From a virus: a stretch of DNA of 39,722 bases. Each line of letters starts with the position of its first letter. The first letter of the stretch is position 1. The DNA lies in the IMG/VR virus record IMGVR_UViG_3300005805_000191. One strand, 5' to 3'. Both the position numbers and the translations under genes were made by a program. Under the pieces are notes generated by a model, which was given only the letters and a program-made list of their open reading frames with translations, was not told the DNA's origin and did not search any database. Positions 34,111-39,607 of the stretch are shown piece after piece.

Positions 34111-34202
34111 GTTTTCTCCGTTGCCGGCCTCATTGGCGGTCGGCGTGCCACTTGTGTTTTGCTTCTGAACCAGATGGCTAACCCCTCGCTCGAACAGACC
34201 GC

Positions 34203-34496
34203 CTACGGCATCCGGTCACTGTCCACCACGGCGCGTTCCTGCGTCACGGCCAGTGCCTCAACAGGATTAACCAGCTGCGCGCGCGCGCGCGCAAGCTTGT
34301 GAATCGCTGCGGCGATGGAGTTTGCGAGTCGCGCGCGCGCGTCGTCGCGCGTCACCAGATACCCAAAAATGTCAGTTTCGACGTAATTGTCCAGACTGTC
34401 CTGAACTCCGTTGAGCACTTCGATCGCCGACAGCACGATGTCTCGCGTGCTGTACAGGTGCCCGTCGTCGCCCACTTTGTAGCTGTTGCAGTCCAT
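34203..34496 (-). CDS. hypothetical protein, MDCNS paralog A (97 aa)
   Basis: Shares MDCNS..FGY(L/V)V..DD.R.R with the neighbouring gene. Confidence 0.55.
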   Translation of the reverse strand: MDCNSYKVGDDGHLYSTRDIVLSAIEVLNGVQDSLDNYVETDIFGYLVTRDDARARLANSIAAAIHKLARARAQLVNPVEALAVTQERAVVDSDRMP

Positions 34497-34552
34497 CGTT
34501 TGCTCCTACTCGGCGGCGATGAGTCGCCCGAACGCATCCGGGTCTTTGTCTG

Positions 34553-34825
34553 TCATGGCTGTCCCTCCTCGATATGCGACAGCGCGACGCCGTAGGCGTG
34601 GCAGTAGCACGCGGCGGAGTCGATTGGCGAGGTGACGACCGGCAGCCCAAGGCCGCGCAGTTCCGTGCTGAGCTTGGCGAGGTGTTCAGCGGCACGCGAG
34701 AACCGCTGCGCGACTATGGCGGCGCGCTGGCGGGTGTCGTCGTCGAGTTGATCGACGACGACATAGCCGAATTGAAGGGGGTTTTCCCCCTTGTACTCGG
34801 CGGCGATGAAGCTGTTGCAGTCCAT
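34553..34825 (-). CDS. hypothetical protein, MDCNS paralog B (90 aa), first gene of the leftward operon
   Basis: SD AGGAG and ATG 34825, about 44 nt downstream of the predicted leftward promoter. Confidence 0.55.
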   Translation of the reverse strand: MDCNSFIAAEYKGENPLQFGYVVVDQLDDDTRQRAAIVAQRFSRAAEHLAKLSTELRGLGLPVVTSPIDSAACYCHAYGVALSHIEEGQP

Positions 34826-34875
34826 TGTGTGCTCCTGTTTGGTTTAGTTGGTGCCTCGTAGTGGGCACAGACAGG

Positions 34876-34903
34876 AGAATACCGCAATCGGCAGCTTTGT
34901 CAA
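34876..34903 (-). promoter_or_regulatory. leftward early promoter (TTGACA, 16-nt spacer, TATTCT)
   Basis: Reverse complement of 34898-34903 is TTGACA. Reverse complement of 34876-34881 is TATTCT. Confidence 0.6.
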
Positions 34904-34962
34904 CCGTTTTTGGCAGAATTACCGTAAACGCGCTATGCGCGCTCGTTATCATCCGAAAACGG

Positions 34963-34991
34963 TTGCATTTTCTCGTCGATCCCTCTATGCT
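34963..34991 (+). promoter_or_regulatory. rightward early promoter (TTGCAT, 17-nt spacer, TATGCT)
   Basis: -35 at 34963-34968 and -10 at 34986-34991. The ATG of the HTH gene begins 7 nt after the -10. Confidence 0.55.
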
Positions 34992-34997
34992 GCGCGA

Positions 34998-35189
34998 ATG
35001 GACATATTCACCCCAGTTCGCCGCTACCTGCAGTCAGTGACTGAGTCGCAGGTAGAGGCGCTATCGCAAGCTTGCGGGGTGCCACGGGCGACTCTGCTCA
35101 AGATCAAGTACGGGCAGACGCGAAACCCTCGCGTAGCCACCGTGCAGGCTGTGTACACGCATCTTTGGCCGTCCGGGGATGCATCGTGA
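34998..35189 (+). CDS. small HTH DNA-binding protein (Cro/CII-like, 63 aa)
   Basis: LSQACGVPRATLLKIKYGQTRNPRVATVQAV is an HTH-like segment. Divergent from the leftward operon. No SD. Confidence 0.6.
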   Translation: MDIFTPVRRYLQSVTESQVEALSQACGVPRATLLKIKYGQTRNPRVATVQAVYTHLWPSGDAS

Positions 35190-35199
35190 ATCCAGTCAC

Positions 35200-35272
35200 C
35201 GCGGGCATGCGCGCGGAGCGCAGCCGGCCACATAGCCCGGCCCGTGCGGGTTCGACTCCCGCGCCCGCAACC
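35200..35272 (+). tRNA. noncanonical tRNA-like element, CAU anticodon centred in a 9-nt loop, initiator-like C1/A72 mismatch
   Basis: Hand fold. Acceptor CGCGGGC/GCCCGCA with C1-A72 unpaired. D arm GCGC-GCGGA-GCGC. Anticodon arm GCCGG-CCACATAGC-CCGGC. Variable loop CCGT. T arm GCGGG-TTCGACT-CCCGC. Discriminator A, then CC. Confidence 0.35.
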
Positions 35273-35285
35273 TTTTGCTCCTTCC

Positions 35286-35319
35286 CCGCCTTGTGAGTCC
35301 TTCCAGGGCGGTTTTTTTT
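35286..35319 (+). terminator. intrinsic terminator
   Basis: 8-bp stem CCGCCTTG/CAGGGCGG (one G-U pair), 10-nt loop, then T8. Confidence 0.7.
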
Positions 35320-35339
35320 ACCTGTACGGAGAAAATGAA

Positions 35340-35549
35340 ATGCAAGCAAAACGCATGACTCCAGCAGATATCGGCACTGGGTATGTGAAATGCCATAGCT
35401 GTGACGGAAAGTTCTCGCACGTTTTTTCGCAATCCGCAATGCAAAGACTACCGAAAAACTACAGCGGCGAGATGTGTCCAGACTGCAAACTGTGGATGTG
35501 CAGGACAGACATGCTGGCGTCGCCGGTGGAGGTGGAGGTAATGGCATGA
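35340..35549 (+). CDS. zinc-ribbon protein (69 aa)
   Basis: GGAG 8 nt upstream. CHSC...CPDC Cys pairs. Confidence 0.6.
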   Translation: MQAKRMTPADIGTGYVKCHSCDGKFSHVFSQSAMQRLPKNYSGEMCPDCKLWMCRTDMLASPVEVEVMA

Positions 35550-35725
35550 GCGCGAAGCGCGAGTTGTGGGTGATCGAAAAAGTCTCGCTGGGAGATTGGG
35601 AGTTTTTCGCGGCTTATGACGAGCAGTCGCACGCGCTCGATCGTATACGCGACATGATCGACGAGGGATTCGAGGAAGAGGGCGTTCGCATGGTGCGCTA
35701 CGTGCCGGAGGGGGACAGCAAATGA
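35546..35725 (+). CDS. hypothetical acidic protein (59 aa)
   Basis: ATGA-coupled with GGAGG upstream. Confidence 0.55.
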   Translation: MSAKRELWVIEKVSLGDWEFFAAYDEQSHALDRIRDMIDEGFEEEGVRMVRYVPEGDSK

Positions 35726-36048
35726 AAGCAACACGCACCGTCGAGCACAGCGGCGGGCGCAAGGTGCGCATGCCTACGCGTCAGCCGAAGCTCAAGCCCG
35801 TGGATCTGCTGGCTGCCTCGCGATCCGCTATCTCGTGGCACCTGGCATCCGGAGCTACTCGAGTGCTGGTTACGGTGACGAAGCGAAAAAATATCGATGT
35901 GCTGCACGACGGCAACCCTGCCGCGCGCATGGCGCTGGAGCAGGTCGAGCGGCTGCCGATCGCAGACGGCATCGCAGGCTGCTACACGCGCCTGCCCGCT
36001 GTCGATGCGTTGCGCGACGACCTGATCGCTGCCGGGTGGCGGGCATGA
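35722..36048 (+). CDS. hypothetical protein (108 aa)
   Basis: ATGA-coupled ORF. Confidence 0.5.
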   Translation: MKATRTVEHSGGRKVRMPTRQPKLKPVDLLAASRSAISWHLASGATRVLVTVTKRKNIDVLHDGNPAARMALEQVERLPIADGIAGCYTRLPAVDALRDDLIAAGWRA

Positions 36049-36054
36049 CCGCAG

Positions 36055-36315
36055 ATGACATGCGCGACGTGCGAAGACAGGGCAGCAGGAACGATCAGGT
36101 TCCGCGCGGACTGCCCCGCGTGCCTGCGCGCGCTGTGGCGCTGGCTGCCGGCGGAGACGCGAGACGGGATCACGGTGCAGTTGCTCGGGATGCACGAGGG
36201 TCGGCAGCCGTTCGGCGCGATGGAGGACAAGCTCCGCGCGTCAGCCGGAATGGAACCCGCCGACAGAACGCCAAAACGTCCGAAACGATCCAGTTCAGCG
36301 TTGACGCTCAAGTAA
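36055..36315 (+). CDS. Cys-rich hypothetical protein (86 aa)
   Basis: High GC3 in this frame up to about 36260. CATC...CPAC pairs. The 3' end is uncertain (see finding on 36318..36543). Confidence 0.45.
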   Translation: MTCATCEDRAAGTIRFRADCPACLRALWRWLPAETRDGITVQLLGMHEGRQPFGAMEDKLRASAGMEPADRTPKRPKRSSSALTLK

Positions 36316-36428
36316 GATGGATCATCGCAAACGGCGGAAACGGCAGCAACGGATATGAGGCAGGCAAGCGCGCTTACGTGCGCATCAAGCCCGTTCACAC
36401 CCCGTCAGAGTACGAGGAATTTTGCCGA

Positions 36429-36541
36429 GCGCTGGCGCGGGCTTGCGGATTGTAGACATGTGCATCAAGCCAAATGTCATTTGCTTGAAAGTCAATAGCA
36501 AGCAAAATTTCTGTGCGCTGGCGCGGGCTTGCGGGGTGTAG
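36429..36541 (+). repeat. 27-nt direct repeats (25/27 identical) flanking a 59-nt AT-rich hairpin spacer
   Basis: GCGCTGGCGCGGGCTTGCGGATTGTAG at 36429-36455 and GCGCTGGCGCGGGCTTGCGGGGTGTAG at 36515-36541. Hairpin arms TTTGCTTG (36480-36487) and CAAGCAAA (36499-36506), 8 bp. Confidence 0.85.
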
Positions 36542-36543
36542 CA

Positions 36544-36966
36544 ATGGCTGACGTTGGGTTGCTCCTCTCGAATCTGCGCAAGGTGCGCAAGACCGGCGAT
36601 GGGCGATGGCGCGCTGTCTGCCCTGCGCACGATTCGCGCAACGGCACTCAATCGCTGGCCGTGAGAGATGCCGGCGACGGTCGAATCTTGGTGAAGTGCT
36701 TCGCCGGCTGCGGCGCTGCTGACGTGGTTGCCGCTGTCGGCATAAAGCTTGCCGATTTGATGCCGGAGCGCCCAGCCGACAACCGCGGGCCGCTGCGCGC
36801 GCCGTTTCTGCCTTCTGATGCGTTCGACGTGCTGCGCCAGGAGGTCGCAACGGCGTGGGTAATCGTGCAGCAGGCGGCTACAGGCGGCGCTGTGGACGTT
36901 GACCGGCTGACACTCGCCGCGCAACGGCTGGATGCGATCGGGAGGGCCTGCTATGGGCGCGCGTGA
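36544..36966 (+). CDS. CHC2-like zinc-finger protein (primase-associated)
   Basis: CPAHDSRNGTQSLAV...VKCFAGCGAADV resembles the DnaG-type CHC2 finger. Lies upstream of the helicase. Confidence 0.6.
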   Translation: MADVGLLLSNLRKVRKTGDGRWRAVCPAHDSRNGTQSLAVRDAGDGRILVKCFAGCGAADVVAAVGIKLADLMPERPADNRGPLRAPFLPSDAFDVLRQEVATAWVIVQQAATGGAVDVDRLTLAAQRLDAIGRACYGRA

Positions 36967-36976
36967 GGCCGTAAAG

Positions 36977-38152
36977 ATGGAGCGCACTCCAGAGGCAATC
37001 ATTGCCGACGCTGCGCAGCGCATCCGGCTGGCGCTTGTCGGCGGGACTGCGGTGGACGAGGAGGATTTGATGCAAGTCCCGGTAGATGACGGGTACACGC
37101 TTGCGGAAAAGCCTGCCGCAAAGGCCGCAAATCGGGCCGCTACTGTCGCGGAGGAGACTATCAGGCTATGGACACTTGCGGAGCTTGCTGAGGCTTCCAA
37201 TGGTGCGCGCTGGCTTTGCAAGGGCATCGTTCCTGCGGAATCGCTGACCATGTTTTTTGGCGCAAGCGAGACATTCAAAAGCTTCGTCGCTTTGGATTTT
37301 GCACTGCACGTCGCACACGGCCTGCGCTGGCTCAACCGGAAGACCGAGCGCTGCCCGGTGCTGTATCTTGCCGCTGAGGGCGGCGCAGGCCTGTCGATGC
37401 GCGTCGCCTCCTGGCACAAGGCGCGCGGGAGAGATATATCGGACGCCGCTTTCCGCGTGGTCACGATACCGCTCGATCTGGCGTTGACCGCAAGCAATCT
37501 GCGCGGAGCGATGGATGAGGCCTGTTTCGCGCCAGGATTGATCGTGATCGACACGATGAGCCAGACATACCGCGGAGAGGAAAACAGCGCGAACGAGGTT
37601 GCCGAGTGGCTGGCCGTGGTTGGCAAAGAGCTACGCTCGGCGATGCGCGCGACCGTGCTCGTGATTCACCACAGCGGGCACAGCAACACCGAGAGGCCGC
37701 GAGGGTCGTCGGCGCTGATTGCCAACGTCGATGCGCTGTACGGTTTCCATCGTGACGAAAAAGAGATGTTGTGCACGATGGAGACTTTCAAGGTCAAGGA
37801 CGGCGAGCGTCCACCGTCGCAGCAGTTTTCGATGGCGGTTCACGAGCTTGGAAATGACGAGGACGGCGATCCGGTTACGTCGCTCGTTGCGTCGCACGTT
37901 GCGACCGCCGCCGACGTTGTTGCAGTAGTCAAGCGAGAGGCCGCAAAGGGGCGCGGGAAGAACCGATCCTCGCTGCTCGAACTTGCCGAGCATGGGCAAA
38001 TGGAGGTTTTTGTACGTAGTGAGTTCCTGAAGCGTCTGGACGAAGATATGCCTCTCGATGCAAAGAGGCAGGCGTGGCACAAGGCGAAGCACTGGGCTAT
38101 CGGAGCTGGTATATTCGAGATTGTGGACGGGAAGATTTACCGCCGGGACTGA
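36977..38152 (+). CDS. RepA/DnaB-like (AAA_25-type) replicative helicase
   Basis: P-loop-like GASETFKS, Walker B LIVIDT, VLVIHHSGH motif. Start ATG 36977 (GAGG 8 nt upstream) or ATG 36953. Confidence 0.7.
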   Translation: MERTPEAIIADAAQRIRLALVGGTAVDEEDLMQVPVDDGYTLAEKPAAKAANRAATVAEETIRLWTLAELAEASNGARWLCKGIVPAESLTMFFGASETFKSFVALDFALHVAHGLRWLNRKTERCPVLYLAAEGGAGLSMRVASWHKARGRDISDAAFRVVTIPLDLALTASNLRGAMDEACFAPGLIVIDTMSQTYRGEENSANEVAEWLAVVGKELRSAMRATVLVIHHSGHSNTERPRGSSALIANVDALYGFHRDEKEMLCTMETFKVKDGERPPSQQFSMAVHELGNDEDGDPVTSLVASHVATAADVVAVVKREAAKGRGKNRSSLLELAEHGQMEVFVRSEFLKRLDEDMPLDAKRQAWHKAKHWAIGAGIFEIVDGKIYRRD

Positions 38153-38163
38153 GATAACAGCGG

Positions 38164-38323
38164 AAAGGTAACGCGGCAAAAGGTAACGCTGCGCGGCTGA
38201 AAAGGTAACGGAAAGAGGGTAAAAGGTAACGCCAAAAAGGTCACGGTTGGCGTTACCTTTTACCGCCTTCGGCGGAAAAGGTAACGGTCGCCCAACCTCC
38301 GAGGTAACGCTGAAAAGGTAACG
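38164..38323 (+). repeat. iteron array, 9 copies of AAAGGTAACG (one inverted, two variant); candidate origin or regulator-binding site
   Basis: Copies at 38164, 38179, 38201, 38222, 38236 (AAAGGTCACG), 38251 (inverted CGTTACCTTT), 38277, 38301 (GAGGTAACG) and 38314. Confidence 0.85.
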
Positions 38324-38328
38324 CTCGA

Positions 38329-38640
38329 ATGACGCCAACCGCCCGCAGCAAAGCCCACCTTGAAGCCGCCGGCTACCTTGTCGAGGTGGTGGAGCGCTGG
38401 AACGCATGGGCACGCATCCGTCAAGACCTGTGGGGGTTTGTCGATCTGCTGGCTATCCGTCGCGGCGAAGTCCTCGCCGTGCAGGTGACAAGCCGAGACA
38501 ACATCTCCAAGCGCGTCGTCAAGATTGCAGGGAGCGACAAAGCTCCTCGTGTGCGCGAGGCCGGCATCCGCATCGTCGTCCACGGCTGGGGCAAAATGGC
38601 CAGCGGACGATGGGAACTCAAGGAGGTGGATTGCTCATGA
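38329..38640 (+). CDS. hypothetical protein with weak Hjc/PD-(D/E)XK-like core
   Basis: GFVDLLAIRRGEVLAVQVTS resembles D...(E/Q)xK nuclease cores, but the Lys position is Thr. Assignment is tentative. Confidence 0.4.
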   Translation: MTPTARSKAHLEAAGYLVEVVERWNAWARIRQDLWGFVDLLAIRRGEVLAVQVTSRDNISKRVVKIAGSDKAPRVREAGIRIVVHGWGKMASGRWELKEVDCS

Positions 38641-39068
38641 CGCGACACAACGCCACAAGACATATTCGATCAGTCCACGATGTGCTGTCTGAGCACCATG
38701 AAACAGACGCACGGCTGCGCAATTGGGCGCGCTGGGGGCGCGAGCACTCAGGGCCTGGGCGACTGCGATGCCAGTCAGCAGAAGGGCGCTACAGGCCTGA
38801 GGCAGGCGAGGTCTGGGGAAACGCTGTTGCTGTGATCCCAGTAGACGCTTGTGACGCCGCAATAGTCGAGCGCGCCGTATGTCGGCTCGGGCGAGCAGGC
38901 AGGATTATCGTGCGCGCATGGTATGTAGACGGCGCTCACGCTGGAGCAAAGTGGCCCGCTTTGCGTCGCCGAGCATGTCGCGTAGCCGGGGTATCCTCTT
39001 CTGCGTTCGACTCAATCCTTATCTCCTCTGTTGTAGACATAGCCACGTCAATCCATACCGTGGCTTGA
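38637..39068 (+). CDS. antiterminator Q-like late regulator candidate
   Basis: ATGA-coupled. LRNWARWGRE...PVDACDAAIVERAVCRL...IIVRAWYVDG resembles the Phage_antitermQ/DUF1133 pattern. Last gene before the late region. Confidence 0.45.
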   Translation: MTRHNATRHIRSVHDVLSEHHETDARLRNWARWGREHSGPGRLRCQSAEGRYRPEAGEVWGNAVAVIPVDACDAAIVERAVCRLGRAGRIIVRAWYVDGAHAGAKWPALRRRACRVAGVSSSAFDSILISSVVDIATSIHTVA

Positions 39069-39147
39069 CTTAGTTGATTTTTGATTTACACTATCCTCAC
39101 CGATAGACAGACTGTCGAGATTGCGCATGCCGGTTGGCAGGCGCAAT
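39066..39147 (+). promoter_or_regulatory. candidate late promoter plus 5' leader hairpin
   Basis: TTGACT (39066-39071), 17-nt spacer, CACTAT. Palindrome GACAGACTGTC (39106-39116). 11-bp interrupted stem ATTGCGCATGCC/GGCAGGCGCAAT (39120-39147). Confidence 0.4.
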
Positions 39148-39160
39148 CGTCAATTCCCAA

Positions 39161-39517
39161 ATGCGCGTCCTCAAACCGCGACTGCAAACGCTTGACACGA
39201 GGACGATAAAGCCACAGGCATGGAGTCATGAGCACAGACATGCGCGCCACCACAATGCAGCATGGGACGCTGCGCGCAGAGATGCTCGGTACGGCACTGC
39301 CGCATGGCAGCGTGCTCGTGCCATAGCTCTTGCGCTCGGCGCTTATCGCTGTCGTCTTTGCGGTGTCAAGCTGCCTGATCGAGGCGCAACCGTAGACCAC
39401 ATCGTCGAGCTAAAGGACGGCGGCGCTATGTATGATCAGGCTAATTTGCAGCCGATTTGCTCGCCATGTCACACGAAGAAGACGCACAAGGAGCGCATGA
39501 AACGAATGAAAAGGTAG
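39161..39517 (+). CDS. HNH endonuclease (terminase-associated)
   Basis: MRVLKPRLQTL start typical of phage HNH. CRLCG...VDHIVEL...N...CSPCH motif. Lies just upstream of terS, as in HK97-like phages. Confidence 0.85.
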   Translation: MRVLKPRLQTLDTRTIKPQAWSHEHRHARHHNAAWDAARRDARYGTAAWQRARAIALALGAYRCRLCGVKLPDRGATVDHIVELKDGGAMYDQANLQPICSPCHTKKTHKERMKRMKR

Positions 39518-39607
39518 GGGGGGTTGAAAGTCCAGAGCAAAATTAACTCTAGACCGCTAAGGGGCCCCCCAGCCGGAGATTAAATCTTGAAATCAGGTAA
39601 TCAAACG

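Noticed and set aside
35241-35272. attP core consisting of a tRNA 3' fragment.
   Set aside because: The 5' acceptor strand and the D and anticodon arms are also present upstream, so it is a whole tRNA-like unit rather than a 3' fragment. No integrase is encoded.
35835-36455. Single 206-aa ORF 35835..36455(+).
   Set aside because: Its first two thirds are Arg/Ala-rich, have poorer GC3 than the overlapping frames 35722..36048 and 36055..36315, and have no SD. Only its last ~45 codons look coding; these are treated as a finding.
38164-38323. CRISPR-like array.
   Set aside because: The repeat unit is only 10 nt, spacing is irregular (13-26 nt), one copy is inverted, and no cas genes are present. 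The pattern fits iterons.
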